A stretch of 64,000 nucleotides of DNA from Nemertoderma westbladi (GCA_032718475.1 JAUCBJ010008069.1:56428-120427), one strand, 5' to 3'. Positions 23,201 to 38,200 are shown, numbered from the stretch's first letter. Numbers and translations are program-made. The notes: generated by a model not told the origin, from the letters alone.

Positions 23201-26200
23201 AAGTGGAACAAGTTTGTTTAAGCTAGCAGAGTGAAAAGTTAGTGAGAGTGGAACAAGTGTATTTAAGGTAGCAGAGTGAAAAGTTAGTGGAGAGTGGAAC
23301 AAGTGTATTTAAGCTAGCAGAGTGAAGAGTTAGTGGAGAGTGGAACAAGTGTGTTTAAGCTAGCAGAGTGAAGAGTTAGTTGAGAGTGGAACAAGTGTAT
23401 TTAAGATAACAGAGTGAAGAGTTAGTGGCGAGTGGAACAAGTGTATTTAAGCTAGCAGAGTGAAGAGTTAGTGGAGAGTGGAACAAGTGTATTTAAGCTA
23501 ACAGAGTGAAGAGTTAGTGGAGAGTGGAACAAGTGTATTTAAGCTAGCAGAGTGAAGAGATAGTGGAGAGTGGAACAAGTGTGTTTAAGCTAACAGAGTG
23601 AAGAGTTAGTGGAGAGTGGAACAAGTGTATTTAAGCTAGCAGAGTGAAGAGTTAGTGGAGAGTGGAACAAGTGTATTTAAGCTAGCAGAGTGAAGAGTTA
23701 GTGGAGACTGGAACAAGTGTGTTTAAGCTAACAGAGTGAAGAGTTCGTGGAGAGAGGAACAAGTGTGTTTAAGCTAGCAGAGTGAAGAGTTAGTGGAGAG
23801 TGGAACAAGTGTGTTTAAGCTAGCAGAGTGAAGAGTTAGTGGAAAGTGGAACAAGTGTGTTTAAGCTAGCAGAGTGAAGAGTTAGTGAGAGTGGAACAAG
23901 TGTATTTAAGCTAGCAGAGTGAAGAGTTAGTGGAGAGTGGAACAAGTGTATTTAAGCTAGAAGAGTGAAGAGTTAGTGGAGAGTGTAACAATTTTATTTA
24001 AGCTAACAGAGTGAAGAGTTAGTGGAGAGTGGAACAAGTGTGTTTAAGCTAGCAGAGTGAAGAGTTAGTTGAGAGTGGAACAAGTGTATTTAAGCTAGCA
24101 GAGTGAAGAGTTAGTGGAGAGTGGAACAAGTGTGTTTAAGCTAGCAGAGTGAAGAGTTAGTGGAAAGTGGAACAAGTGTGTTTAAGCTAGCAGAGTGAAG
24201 AGTTAGTGAGAGTGGAACAAGTGTATTTAAGGTAGCAGAGTGAAAAGTTAGTGGAGAGTGGAACAAGTGTATTTAAGCTAGCAGAGTGAAGAGTTAGTTG
24301 AGAGTGGAACAAGTGTATTTAAGCTAACAGAGTGAAGAGTTAGTGGAAAGTGGAACAAGTTTGTTTAAGCTAGCAGAGTGAAGAGTTAGTGAGAGTGGAA
24401 CAAGTGTATTTAAGGTAGCAGAGTGAAAAGTTAGTGGAGAGTGGAACAAGTGTATTTAAGCTAGCAGAGTGAAGAGTTAGTGGAGAGTGGAACAAGTGTA
24501 TTTAAGCTAACAGAGTGAAGAGTTAGTGGAGAGTGGAACAAGTGTATTTAAGCTAGCAGAGTGAAGAGTTAGTGGAGAGTGGAACAAGTGTATTTAAGCT
24601 AGCAGAGTGAAGAGTGGAACAAGTGTATTTAAGCTAGCAGAGTGAAGAATTAGTGAAGAGTGGAACAAGTGTATTTAAGCTAGCAGAGTGAAGAGTTAGT
24701 GGAGAGTGGAACAAGTGTATTTAAACTAGCAGAGTGAAGAGTTAGTGGAGAGTGGAACAAGTGTATTTAAGCTAGCAGAGTGAAGAGTTAGTTGAGAGTG
24801 GAACAAGTGTGTTTAAGCTAGCAGAGTGAAGAGTTAGTGGAAAGTGGAACAAGTTTGTTTAAGCTAGCAGAGTGAAAAGTTAGTGAGAGTGGAACAAGTG
24901 TATTTAAGGTAGCAGAGTGAAAAGTTAGTGGAGAGTGGAACAAGTGTATTTAAGCTAGCAGAGTGAAGAGTTAGTGGAGAGTGGAACAAGTGTGTTTAAG
25001 CTAGCAGAGTGAAGAGTTAGTTGAGAGTGGAACAAGTGTATTTAAGATAACAGAGTGAAGAGTTAGTGGCGAGTGGAACAAGTGTATTTAAGCTAGCAGA
25101 GTGAAGAGTTAGTGGAGAGTGGAACAAGTGTATTTAAGCTAACAGAGTGAAGAGTTAGTGGAGAGTGGAACAAGTGTATTTAAGCTAGCAGAGTGAAGAG
25201 ATAGTGGAGAGTGGAACAAGTGTGTTTAAGCTAACAGAGTGAAGAGTTAGTGGAGAGTGGAACAAGTGTATTTAAGCTAGCAGAGTGAAGAGTTAGTGGA
25301 GAGTGGAACAAGTGTGTTTAAGCTAGCAGAGTGTAGAGTTAGTGAGAGTGGAACAAGTGTATTTAAGGTAGCAGAGTGAAAAGTTAGTGGAGAGTGGAAC
25401 AAGTGTATTTAAGCTAGCAGAGTGAAGAGTTAGTGGAGAGTGGAACAAGTGTGTTTAAGCTAGCAGAGTGAAGAGTTAGTTGAGAGTGGAACAAGTGTAT
25501 TTAAGCTAACAGCGTGAAGAGTTAGTGGCGAGTGGAACAAGTGTATTTAAGCTAGCAGAGTGAAGAGTTAGTGGAGAGTGGAACAAGTGTGTTTAAGCTA
25601 GCAGAGTGAAGAGTTAGTGGAGAGTGGAACAAGTGTGTTTAAGCTAGCAGAGTGAAGAGTTAGTGGAGAGTGGAACCAGTGTGTTTAAGCTAGCAGAGTG
25701 AAGAGTTAGTGGAGAGTGGAACAAGTGTGTTTAAGCTAGCAGAGTGAAGAGTTAGTGGAGAGTGGAACAAGTGTGTTTAAGCTACAGAGTGAAGAGTTAG
25801 TGGAGAGTGGAACAAGTGTGTTTAAGCTAGCAGAGTGAAGAGTTAGTGGAGAGTGGAACAAGTGTGTTTAAGCTAGCAGAGTGAAGAGTTAGTGGAGAGT
25901 GGAACAAGTGTGTTTAAGCTAGCAGAGTGATGAGTTAGTGGAGAGTGGAACAAGTGTGTTTAAGCTAGCAGAGTGAAGAGTTAGTGGAGAGTGGAACAAG
26001 TGTGTTTAAGCTAGCAGAGTGAAGAGTTAGTGGAGAGTGGAACAAGTGTGTTTAAGCTATCAGAGTGAAGAGTTAGTGGAGAGTGGAACAAGTGTGTTTA
26101 AGCTAGCAGAGTGAAGAGTTAGTGGAGAGTGGAACAAGTGTGTTTAAGCTAGCAGAGTGAAGAGTTAGTGGAGAGTGGAACAAGTGTGTTCTAGCTAGCA

Positions 26201-29200
26201 GAGTGAAGAGTTAGTGGCGAGTGGAACAAGTGTGTTTAAGCTAGCAGAGTAAAGAGTTAGTGGAGAGTGGAACAAGTGTATTTAAGCTAGCAGAGTGAAG
26301 AATTAGTGGAGAGTGGAACAAGTGTATTTAAGCTAGCAGAGTGAAGAGTTAGTGGAGAGTGGAACAAGTGTATTTAAGCTAACAGAGTGAAGAGTTAGTG
26401 GAGAGTGGAACAAGTGTATTTAAGCAAACAGAGTGAAGAGTTAGTGGAGAGTGGAACAAGTGTATTTAAGCTAGAAGAGTGAAAAGTTAGTGGAGAGTGG
26501 AACAAGTGTATTTAAGCTAGCAGAGTGAAGAGTTAGTGGAGAGTGGAACAAGTGTATTTAAGCTAGCAGAGTGAAGAGTTAGTGGAGAGTGGAACAAGTG
26601 TATTTAAACTAGCAGAGTGAGGAGTTAGTGGAGAGTGGAACAAGTGTGTTTAAGCTAACAGAGTGAAGAGTTAGTGGAGAGTGGAACAAGTGTATTTAAG
26701 CTAGCAGAGTGAAGAGTTAGTTGAGAGTGGAACAAGTGTATTTAAGCTAACAGAGTGAAGAGTTAGTGGAAAGTGGAACAAGTTTGTTTAAGCTAGCAGA
26801 GTGAAGAGTTAGTGAGAGTGGAACAAGTGTATTTAAGGTAGCAGAGTGAAAAGTTAGTGGAGAGTGGAACAAGTGTATTTAAGCTAGCAGAGTGAAGAGT
26901 TAGTGGAGAGTGGAACAAGTGTGTTTAAGCTAGCAGAGTGAAGAGTTAGTGGAGAGTGGAACAAGTGTATTTAAGCTAGCAGAGTGAAGAGTTAGTGGAG
27001 AGTGGAACAAGTGTATTTAAGCTAGCAGAGTGAAGAGTGGAACAAGTGTATTTAAGCTAGCAGAGTGAAGAATTAGTGGAGAGTGGAACAAGTGTATTTA
27101 AGCTAGCAGAGTGAAGAGTTAGTGGAGAGTGGAACAAGTGTATTTAAACTAGCAGAGTGAAGAGTTAGTGGAGAGTGGAACAAGTGTATTTAAGCTAGCA
27201 GAGTGAAGAGTTAGTTGAGAGTGGAACAAGTGTGTTTAAGCTAGCAGAGTGAAGAGTTAGTGGAAAGTGGAACAAGTTTGTTTAAGCTAGCAGAGTGAAA
27301 AGTTAGTGAGAGTGGAACAAGTGTATTTAAGGTAGCAGAGTGAAAAGTTAGTGGAGAGTGGAACAAGTGTATTTAAGCTAGCAGAGTGAAGAGTTAGTGG
27401 AGAGTGGAACAAGTGTGTTTAAGCTAGCAGAGTGAAGAGTTAGTTGAGAGTGGAACAAGTGTATTTAAGATAACAGAGTGAAGAGTTAGTGGCGAGTGGA
27501 ACAAGTGTATTTAAGCTAGCAGAGTGAAGAGTTAGTGGAGAGTGGAACAAGTGTATTTAAGCTAACAGAGTGAAGAGTTAGTGGAGAGTGGAACAAGTGT
27601 ATTTAAGCTAGCAGAGTGAAGAGTTAGTGGAGAGTGGAACAAGTGTATTTAAGCTAGCAGAGTGAAGAGTTAGTGGAGAGTGGAACAAGTGTATTTAAGC
27701 TAGCAGAGTGAAGAGTTAGTGGAGAGTGGAACAAGTGTATTTAAGCTAGCAGAGTGAAGAATTAGTGGAGAGTGGAACAAGTGTATTTAAGCTAGCAGAG
27801 TGAAGAGTTAGTGGAGAGTGGAACAAGTGTATTTAAACTAGCAGAGTGAAGAGTTAGTGGAGAGTGGAACAAGTGTATTTAAGCTAGCAGAGTGAAGAGT
27901 TAGTGGAGAGTGGAACAAGTGTATTTAATCTAACAGAGTGAAGAGTTAGTGGCGAGTGGAACAAGTGTGTTTAAGCTAGCAGAGTAAAGAGTTAGTGGAG
28001 AGTGGAACAAGTGTATTTAAGCTAGCAGAGTGAAGAATTAGTGGAGAATGGAACAAGTGTATTTAAGCTAGCAGAGTGAAGAGTTAGTGGAGAGTGGAAC
28101 AAGTGTATTTAAGCTAACAGAGTGAAGAGTTAGTGGAGAGTGGAACAAGTGTATTTAAGCAAACAGAGTGAAGAGTTAGTGGAGAGTGGAACAAGTGTAT
28201 TTAAGCTAGAAGAGTGAAAAGTTAGTGGAGAGTGGAACAAGTGTATTTAAGCTAGCAGAGTGAAGAGTTAGTGGAGAGTGGAACAAGAGTATTTAAGCTA
28301 GCAGAGTGAAGGGTTAGTGGAGAGTGGAACAAGTGTATTTAAACTAGCAGAGTGAAGAGTTAGTGGAGAGTGGAACAAGTGTGTTTAAGCTAACAGAGTG
28401 AAGAGTTAGTGGAGAGTGGAACAAGTGTGTTTAAGCTAGCAGAGTGAAGAGTTAGTGGAGAGTGGAACAAGTGTGTTTAAGCTAGCAGAGTGAAGAGTTA
28501 GTGGAAAGTGGAACAAGTGTGTTTAAGCTAGCAGAGTGAAGAGTTAGTGAGAGTGGAACAAGTGTATTTAAGCTAGCAGAGTGAAGAGTTATTGAATAGT
28601 GGAACAAGTGTATTTAAGCTAGCAGAGTGAAGAGTTAGTGAGAGTGGAACAAGTGTATTTAAGCTAGCAGAGTGAAGAGTTAGTGGAGAGTGGAACAAGT
28701 GTATTTAAGCTAGCAGAGTGAAGAGTTAGTGGAGAGTGGAACAAGTGTATTTAAGCTAACAGAGTGAAGAGTTAGTGGAGAGTGGAACAAGTGTGTTTAA
28801 GCTAGCAGAGTGAAGAGTTAGTTGAGAGTGGAACAAGTGTATTTAAGCTAACAGAGTGAAGAGTTAGTGGCGAGTGGAACAAGTGTATTTAAGCTAGCAG
28901 AGTGAAGAGTTAGTGGAGAGTGGAACAAGTGTATTTAAGCTAACAGAGTGAAGAGTTAGTGGAGAGTGGAACAAGTGTATTTAAGCTAGCAGAGTGAAGA
29001 GTTAGTGGAGAGTGGAACAAGTGTATTTAAGCTAGCAGAGTGAAGAGTTAGTGGAGAGTGGAACAAGTGTATTTAAGCTAGCAGAGTGAAGAGTTAGTGG
29101 AGAGTGGAACAAGTGTATTTAAACTAGCAGAGTGAAGAGTTAGTGGAGAGTGGAACAAGTGTGTTTAAACTAGCAGAGTGAAGAGATAGTGGAGAGTGGA

Positions 29201-32200
29201 ACAAGTGTATTTAAACTAGCAGAGTGAAGAGTTAGTGGAGAGTGGAACAAGTGTGTTTAAGCTAACAGAGTGAAGAGTTAGTGGAGAGTGGAACAAGTGT
29301 GTTTAAGCTAGCAGAGTGAAGAGTTAGTGGAGAGTGGAACAAGTGTATTTAAGCTAGCAGAGTGAAGAGTTAGTGGAGAGTGGAACAAGTGTATTTAAGC
29401 TAACAGAGCGAAGAGTTAGTGGAGAGTGGAACAAGTGTATTTAAACTAGCAGAGTGAAGAGTTAGTGGAGAGTGGAACAAGTGTGTTTAAGCTAACAGAG
29501 TGAAGAGTTACTGGAGAGTGGAACAAGTGTGTTTAAGCTAGCAGAGTGAAGAGTTAGTGGAGAGTGGAACAAGTGTATTTAAGCTAGCAGAGTGAAGAGT
29601 TAGTGGAGAGTGGAACAAGTGTATTTAAGCTAACAGAGTGAAGAGTTAGTGGAGAGTGGAACAAGTGTATTTAAGCTAGCAGAGTGAAGAGTTAGTGGAG
29701 AGTGGAACAAGTGTATTTAAGCTAGCAGAGTGAAGAGTTAGTGGAGAGTGGAACAAGTGTATTTAAGCTCGCAGAGTGAAGAGTTAGTGGAGAGTGGAAC
29801 AAGTGTATTTAAGCTAGCAGAGTGAAGAGTTAGTGGAGAGTGGAACAAGTGTGTTTAAGCTAGCAGAGTGAAGTGTTAGTGGAGAGTGGAACAAGTGTAT
29901 TCAAGCTAGCAGAGTGAAGAGTTAGTGGAGAGTGGAACAAGTGTATTTAAGCTAGCAGAGTGAAGAGTTAGTGGAGAGTGGAACAAGTGTATTTAAGCTA
30001 GCAGAGTGAAGAGTTAGTGGAGAGTGGAACAAGTGTATTTAAGCTCGCAGAGTGAAGAGTTAGTGGAGAGTGGAACAAGTGTATTTAAGCTAGCAGAGTG
30101 AAGAGTTAGTGGAGAGTGGAACAAGTGTGTTTAAGCTAGCAGAGTGAAGAGTTAGTGGAGAGTGGAACAAGTGTATTTAAGCTAGCAGAGTGAAGAGTTA
30201 GTGGAGAGTGGAACAAGTGTGTTTAAACTAGCAGAGTGAAGAGATAGTGGAGAGTGGAACAAGTGTATTTAAGCTAGCAGAGTGAAGAGTTAGTGGAGAG
30301 TGGAACAAGTGTATTTAAGCTAGCAGAGTGAAGAGTTAGTGGAGAGTGGAACAAGTGTATTTAAGCTAGCAGAGTGAAGAGTTAGTGGAGAGTGGAACAA
30401 GTGTATTTAAGCTCGCAGAGTGAAGAGTTAGTGGAGAGTGGAACAAGTGTTTTTAAGCTAGCAGAGTGAAGAGTTAGTGGAGAGTGGAACAAGTGTGTTT
30501 AAGCTAGCAGAGTGAAGAGTTAGTGGAGAGTGGAACAAGTGTGTTTAAGCTAGCAGAGTGAAGAGTTAGTGGAGAGTGGAACAAGTGTGTTTAAGCTAGC
30601 AGAGTGAAGAGTTAGTGGAGAGTGGAACAAGTGTATTTAAGCCAGCAGAGTGAAGAGTTAGTGGAGAGTGGAACAAGTGTGTTTAAGCTAACAGAGTGAA
30701 GAGTTAGTGGCGAGTGGAACAAGTGTATTTAAGCTAGCAGAGTGAAGAGTTAGTGGAGAGTGGAACAAGTGTATTTAAGCTAACAGAGTGAAGAGTTAGT
30801 GGAGAGTGGAACAAGTGTATTTAAGCTAGCAGAGTGAAGAGTTAGTGGAGAGTGGAACAAGTGTATTTAAGCTAGCAGAGTGAAGAGTTAGTGGAGAGTG
30901 GAACAAGTGTATTTAAGCTAGCAGAGTGAAGAGTTAGTGGAGAGTGGAACAAGTGTATTTAAACTAGCAGAGTGAAGAGTTAGTGGAGAGTGGAACAAGT
31001 GTGTTTAAACTAGCAGAGTGAAGAGATAGTGGAGAGTGGAACAAGTGTATTTAAACTAGCAGAGTGAAGAGTTAGTGGAGAGTGGAACAAGTGTGTTTAA
31101 GCTAGCAGAGTGAAGAGTTAGTGGAGAGTGGAACAAGTGTATTTAAGCTAGCAGAGTGAAGAGTTAGTGGAGAGTGGAACAAGTGTATTTAAGCTAACAG
31201 AGCGAAGAGTTAGTGGAGAGTGGAACAAGTGTATTTAAACTAGCAGAGTGAAGAGTTAGTGGAGAGTGGAACAAGTGTGTTTAAGCTAACAGAGTGAAGA
31301 GTTACTGGAGAGTGGAACAAGTGTGTTTAAGCTAGCAGAGTGAAGAGTTAGTGGAGAGTGGAACAAGTGTATTTAAGCTAGCAGAGTGAAGAGTTAGTGG
31401 AGAGTGGAACAAGTGTATTTAAGCTAACAGAGTGAAGAGTTAGTGGAGAGTGGAACAAGTGTATTTAAGCTAGCAGAGTGAAGAGTTAGTGGAGAGTGGA
31501 ACAAGTGTATTTAAGCTAGCAGAGTGAAGAGTTAGTGGAGAGTGGAACAAGTGTATTTAAGCTCGCAGAGTGAAGAGTTAGTGGAGAGTGGAACAAGTGT
31601 ATTTAAGCTAGCAGAGTGAAGAGTTAGTGGAGAGTGGAACAAGTGTGTTTAAGCTAGCAGAGTGAAGTGTTAGTGGAGAGTGGAACAAGTGTATTCAAGC
31701 TAGCAGAGTGAAGAGTTAGTGGAGAGTGGAACAAGTGTATTTAAGCTAGCAGAGTGAAGAGTTAGTGGAGAGTGGAACAAGTGTATTTAAGCTAGCAGAG
31801 TGAAGAGTTAGTGGAGAGTGGAACAAGTGTATTTAAGCTCGCAGAGTGAAGAGTTAGTGGAGAGTGGAACAAGTGTATTTAAGCTAGCAGAGTGAAGAGT
31901 TAGTGGAGAGTGGAACAAGTGTGTTTAAGCTAGCAGAGTGAAGAGTTAGTGGAGAGTGGAACAAGTGTATTTAAGCTAGCAGAGTGAAGAGTTAGTGGAG
32001 AGTGGAACAAGTGTGTTTAAACTAGCAGAGTGAAGAGATAGTGGAGAGTGGAACAAGTGTATTTAAGCTAGCAGAGTGAAGAGTTAGTGGAGAGTGGAAC
32101 AAGTGTATTTAAGCTAGCAGAGTGAAGAGTTAGTGGAGAGTGGAACAAGTGTATTTAAGCTAGCAGAGTGAAGAGTTAGTGGAGAGTGGAACAAGTGTAT

Positions 32201-35200
32201 TTAAGCTCGCAGAGTGAAGAGTTAGTGGAGAGTGGAACAAGTGTTTTTAAGCTAGCAGAGTGAAGAGTTAGTGGAGAGTGGAACAAGTGTGTTTAAGCTA
32301 GCAGAGTGAAGAGTTAGTGGAGAGTGGAACAAGTGTGTTTAAGCTAGCAGAGTGAAGAGTTAGTGGAGAGTGGAACAAGTGTGTTTAAGCTAGCAGAGTG
32401 AAGAGTTAGTGGAGAGTGGAACAAGTGTATTTAAGCTAGCAGAGTGAAGAGTTAGTGGAGAGTGGAACAAGTGTGTTTAAGCTAACAGAGTGAAGAGTTA
32501 GTGGCGAGTGGAACAAGTGTATTTAAGCTAGCAGAGTGAAGAGTTAGTGGAGAGTGGAACAAGTGTATTTAAGCTAACAGAGTGAAGAGTTAGTGGAGAG
32601 TGGAACAAGTGTATTTAAGCTAGCAGAGTGAAGAGTTAGTGGAGAGTGGAACAAGTGTATTTAAGCTAGCAGAGTGAAGAGTTAGTGGAGAGTGGAACAA
32701 GTGTATTTAAGCTAGCAGAGTGAAGAGTTAGTGGAGAGTGGAACAAGTGTATTTAAACTAGCAGAGTGAAGAGTTAGTGGAGAGTGGAACAAGTGTGTTT
32801 AAACTAGCAGAGTGAAGAGATAGTGGAGAGTGGAACAAGTGTATTTAAACTAGCAGAGTGAAGAGTTAGTGGAGAGTGGAACAAGTGTGTTTAAGCTAAC
32901 AGAGTGAAGAGTTAGTGGAGAGTGGAACAAGTGTGTTTAAGCTAGCAGAGTGAAGAGTTAGTGGAGAGTGGAACAAGTGTATTTAAGCTAGCAGAGTGAA
33001 GAGTTAGTGGAGAGTGGAACAAGTGTATTTAAGCTAACAGAGTGAAGAGTTAGTGGAGAGTGGAACAAGTGTATTTAAGCTAGCAGAGTGAAGAGTTAGT
33101 GGAGAGTGGAACAAGTGTATTTAAGCTAGCAGAGTGAAGAGTTAGTGGAGAGTGGAACAAGTGTATTTAAGCTCGCAGAGTGAAGAGTTAGTGGAGAGTG
33201 GAACAAGTGTATTTAAGCTAGCAGAGTGAAGAGTTAGTGGAGAGTGGAACAAGTGTGTTTAAGCTAGCAGAGTGAAGAGTTAGTGGAGAGTGGAACAAGT
33301 GTATTTAAGCTAGCAGAGTGAAGAGTTAGTGGAGAGTGGAACAAGTGTATTTAAGCTAGCAGAGTGAAGAGTTAGTGGAGAGTGGAACAAGTGTATTTAA
33401 GCTCGCAGAGTGAAGAGTTAGTGGAGAGTGGAACAAGTGTATTTAAGCTAGCAGAGTGAAGAGTTAGTGGAGAGTGGCACAAGTGTGTTTAAGCTAGCAG
33501 AGTGAAGAGTTAGTGGAGAGTGGAACAAGTGTATTTAAGCTAGCAGAGTGAAGAGTTAGTGGAGAGTGGAACAAGTGTATTTAAGCTAGCAGAGTGAAGA
33601 GTTAGTGGAGAGTGGAACAAGTGTATTTAAACTAGCAGAGTGAAGAGTTAGTGGAGAGTGGAACAAGTGTGTTTAAACTAGCAGAGTGAAGAGATAGTGG
33701 AGAGTGGAACAAGTGTATTTAAACTAGCAGAGTGAAGAGTTAGTGGAGAGTGGAACAAGTGTGTTTAAGCTAACAGAGTGAAGAGTTAGTGGAGAGTGGA
33801 ACAAGTGTGTTTAAGCTAGCAGAGTGAAGAGAGTTAGTGGAGAGTGGAACAAGTGTATTTAAGCTAGCAGAGTGAAGAGTTAGTGGAGAGTGGAACAAGT
33901 GTATTTAAGCTAACAGAGTGAAGAGTTAGTGGAGAGTGGAACAAGTGTATTTAAGCTAGCAGAGTGAAGAGTTAGTGGAGAGTGGAACAAGTGTATTTAA
34001 GCTAGCAGAGTGAAGAGTTAGTGGAGAGTGGAACAAGTGTATTTAAGCTCGCAGAGTGAAGAGTTAGTGGAGAGTGGAACAAGTGTATTTAAGCTAGCAG
34101 AGTGAAGAGTTAGTGGAGAGTGGAACAAGTGTGTTTAAGCTAGCAGAGTGAAGAGTTAGTGGAAAGTGGAACAAGTGTGTTTAAGCTAGCAGAGTGAAGA
34201 GTTAGTGAGAGTGGAACAAGTGTATTTAAGCTAGCAGAGTGAAGAGTTATTGAATAGTGGAACAAGTGTATTTAAGCTAGCAGAGTGAAGAGTTAGTGAG
34301 AGTGGAACAAGTGTATTTAAGCTAGCAGAGTGAAGAGTTAGTGGAGAGTGGAACAAGTGTATTTAAGCTAGCAGAGTGAAGAGTTAGTGGAGAGTGGAAC
34401 AAGTGTATTTAAGCTAACAGAGTGAAGAGTTAGTGGAGAGTGGAACAAGTGTGTTTAAGCTAGCAGAGTGAAGAGTTAGTTGAGAGTGGAACAAGTGTAT
34501 TTAAGCTAACAGAGTGAAGAGTTAGTGGCGAGTGGAACAAGTGTATTTAAGCTAGCAGAGTGAAGAGTTAGTGGAGAGTGGAACAAGTGTATTTAAGCTA
34601 ACAGAGTGAAGAGTTAGTGGAGAGTGGAACAAGTGTATTTAAGCTAGCAGAGTGAAGAGTTAGTGGAGAGTGGAACAAGTGTATTTAAGCTAGCAGAGTG
34701 AAGAGTTAGTGGAGAGTGGAACAAGTGTATTTAAGCTAGCAGAGTGAAGAGTTAGTGGAGAGTGGAACAAGTGTATTTAAACTAGCAGAGTGAAGAGTTA
34801 GTGGAGAGTGGAACAAGTGTGTTTAAACTAGCAGAGTGAAGAGATAGTGGAGAGTGGAACAAGTGTATTTAAACTAGCAGAGTGAAGAGTTAGTGGAGAG
34901 TGGAACAAGTGTGTTTAAGCTAACAGAGTGAAGAGTTAGTGGAGAGTGGAACAAGTGTGTTTAAGCTAGCAGAGTGAAGAGTTAGTGGAGAGTGGAACAA
35001 GTGTATTTAAGCTAGCAGAGTGAAGAGTTAGTGGAGAGTGGAACAAGTGTATTTAAGCTAACAGAGTGAAGAGTTAGTGGAGAGTGGAACAAGTGTATTT
35101 AAGCTAGCAGAGTGAAGAGTTAGTGGAGAGTGGAACAAGTGTATTTAAGCTAGCAGAGTGAAGAGTTAGTGGAGAGTGGAACAAGTGTATTTAAGCTAGC

Positions 35201-38200
35201 AGAGTGAAGAGTTAGTGGAGAGTGGAACAAGTGTATTTAAACTAGCAGAGTGAAGAGTTAGTGGAGAGTGGAACAAGTGTGTTTAAACTAGCAGAGTGAA
35301 GAGATAGTGGAGAGTGGAACAAGTGTATTTAAACTAGCAGAGTGAAGAGTTAGTGGAGAGTGGAACAAGTGTGTTTAAGCTAACAGAGTGAAGAGTTAGT
35401 GGAGAGTGGAACAAGTGTGTTTAAGCTAGCAGAGTGAAGAGTTAGTGGAGAGTGGAACAAGTGTATTTAAGCTAGCAGAGTGAAGAGTTAGTGGAGAGTG
35501 GAACAAGTGTATTTAAACTAGCAGAGTGAAGAGTTAGTGGAGAGTGGAACAAGTGTGTTTAAACTAGCAGAGTGAAGAGATAGTGGAGAGTGGAACAAGT
35601 GTATTTAAACTAGCAGAGTGAAGAGTTAGTGGAGAGTGGAACAAGTGTGTTTAAGCTAACAGAGTGAAGAGTTAGTGGAGAGTGGAACAAGTGTGTTTAA
35701 GCTAGCAGAGTGAAGAGTTAGTGGAGAGTGGAACAAGTGTATTTAAGCTAGCAGAGTGAAGAGTTAGTGGAGAGTGGAACAAGTGTATTTAAGCTAACAG
35801 AGTGAAGAGTTAGTGGAGAGTGGAACAAGTGTATTTAAGCTAGCAGAGTGAAGAGTTAGTGGAGAGTGGAACAAGTGTATTTAAGCTAGCAGAGTGAAGA
35901 GTTAGTGGAGAGTGGAACAAGTGTATTTAAGCTCGCAGAGTGAAGAGTTAGTGGAGAGTGGAACAAGTGTATTTAAGCTAGCAGAGTGAAGAGTTAGTGG
36001 AGAGTGGAACAAGTGTGTTTAAGCTAGCAGAGTGAAGAGTTAGTGGAGAGTGGAACAAGTGTATTTAAGCTAGCAGAGTGAAGAGTTAGTGGAGAGTGGA
36101 ACAAGTGTATTTAAGCTAGCAGAGTGAAGAGTTAGTGGAGAGTGGAACAAGTGTATTTAAGCTCGCAGAGTGAAGAGTTAGTGGAGAGTGGAACAAGTGT
36201 ATTTAAGCTAGCAGAGTGAAGAGTTAGTGGAGAGTGGCACAAGTGTGTTTAAGCTAGCAGAGTGAAGAGTTAGTGGAGAGTGGAACAAGTGTATTTAAGC
36301 TAGCAGAGTGAAGAGTTAGTGGAGAGTGGAACAAGTGTATTTAAGCTAGCAGAGTGAAGAGTTAGTGGAGAGTGGAACAAGTGTATTTAAACTAGCAGAG
36401 TGAAGAGTTAGTGGAGAGTGGAACAAGTGTGTTTAAACTAGCAGAGTGAAGAGATAGTGGAGAGTGGAACAAGTGTATTTAAACTAGCAGAGTGAAGAGT
36501 TAGTGGAGAGTGGAACAAGTGTGTTTAAGCTAACAGAGTGAAGAGTTAGTGGAGAGTGGAACAAGTGTGTTTAAGCTAGCAGAGTGAAGAGTTAGTGGAG
36601 AGTGGAACAAGTGTATTTAAGCTAGCAGAGTGAAGAGTTAGTGGAGAGTGGAACAAGTGTATTTAAGCTAACAGAGTGAAGAGTTAGTGGAGAGTGGAAC
36701 AAGTGTATTTAAGCTAGCAGAGTGAAGAGTTAGTGGAGAGTGGAACAAGTGTATTTAAGCTAGCAGAGTGAAGAGTTAGTGGAGAGTGGAACAAGTGTAT
36801 TTAAGCTCGCAGAGTGAAGAGTTAGTGGAGAGTGGAACAAGTGTATTTAAGCTAGCAGAGTGAAGAGTTAGTGGAGAGTGGAACAAGTGTGTTTAAGCTA
36901 GCAGAGTGAAGAGTTAGTGGAAAGTGGAACAAGTGTGTTTAAGCTAGCAGAGTGAAGAGTTAGTGAGAGTGGAACAAGTGTATTTAAGCTAGCAGAGTGA
37001 AGAGTTATTGAATAGTGGAACAAGTGTATTTAAGCTAGCAGAGTGAAGAGTTAGTGAGAGTGGAACAAGTGTATTTAAGCTAGCAGAGTGAAGAGTTAGT
37101 GGAGAGTGGAACAAGTGTATTTAAGCTAGCAGAGTGAAGAGTTAGTGGAGAGTGGAACAAGTGTATTTAAGCTAACAGAGTGAAGAGTTAGTGGAGAGTG
37201 GAACAAGTGTGTTTAAGCTAGCAGAGTGAAGAGTTAGTTGAGAGTGGAACAAGTGTATTTAAGCTAACAGAGTGAAGAGTTAGTGGCGAGTGGAACAAGT
37301 GTATTTAAGCTAGCAGAGTGAAGAGTTAGTGGAGAGTGGAACAAGTGTATTTAAGCTAACAGAGTGAAGAGTTAGTGGAGAGTGGAACAAGTGTATTTAA
37401 GCTAGCAGAGTGAAGAGTTAGTGGAGAGTGGAACAAGTGTATTTAAGCTAGCAGAGTGAAGAGTTAGTGGAGAGTGGAACAAGTGTATTTAAGCTAGCAG
37501 AGTGAAGAGTTAGTGGAGAGTGGAACAAGTGTATTTAAACTAGCAGAGTGAAGAGTTAGTGGAGAGTGGAACAAGTGTGTTTAAACTAGCAGAGTGAAGA
37601 GATAGTGGAGAGTGGAACAAGTGTATTTAAACTAGCAGAGTGAAGAGTTAGTGGAGAGTGGAACAAGTGTGTTTAAGCTAACAGAGTGAAGAGTTAGTGG
37701 AGAGTGGAACAAGTGTGTTTAAGCTAGCAGAGTGAAGAGTTAGTGGAGAGTGGAACAAGTGTATTTAAGCTAGCAGAGTGAAGAGTTAGTGGAGAGTGGA
37801 ACAAGTGTATTTAAGCTAACAGAGTGAAGAGTTAGTGGAGAGTGGAACAAGTGTATTTAAGCTAGCAGAGTGAAGAGTTAGTGGAGAGTGGAACAAGTGT
37901 ATTTAAGCTAGCAGAGTGAAGAGTTAGTGGAGAGTGGAACAAGTGTATTTAAGCTCGCAGAGTGAAGAGTTAGTGGAGAGTGGAACAAGTGTATTTAAGC
38001 TAGCAGAGTGAAGAGTTAGTGGAGAGTGGAACAAGTGTGTTTAAGCTAGCAGAGTGAAGAGTTAGTGGAGAGTGGAACAAGTGTATTTAAGCTAGCAGAG
38101 TGAAGAGTTAGTGGAGAGTGGAACAAGTGTATTTAAGCTAGCAGAGTGAAGAGTTAGTGGAGAGTGGAACAAGTGTATTTAAGCTAGCAGAGTGAAGAGT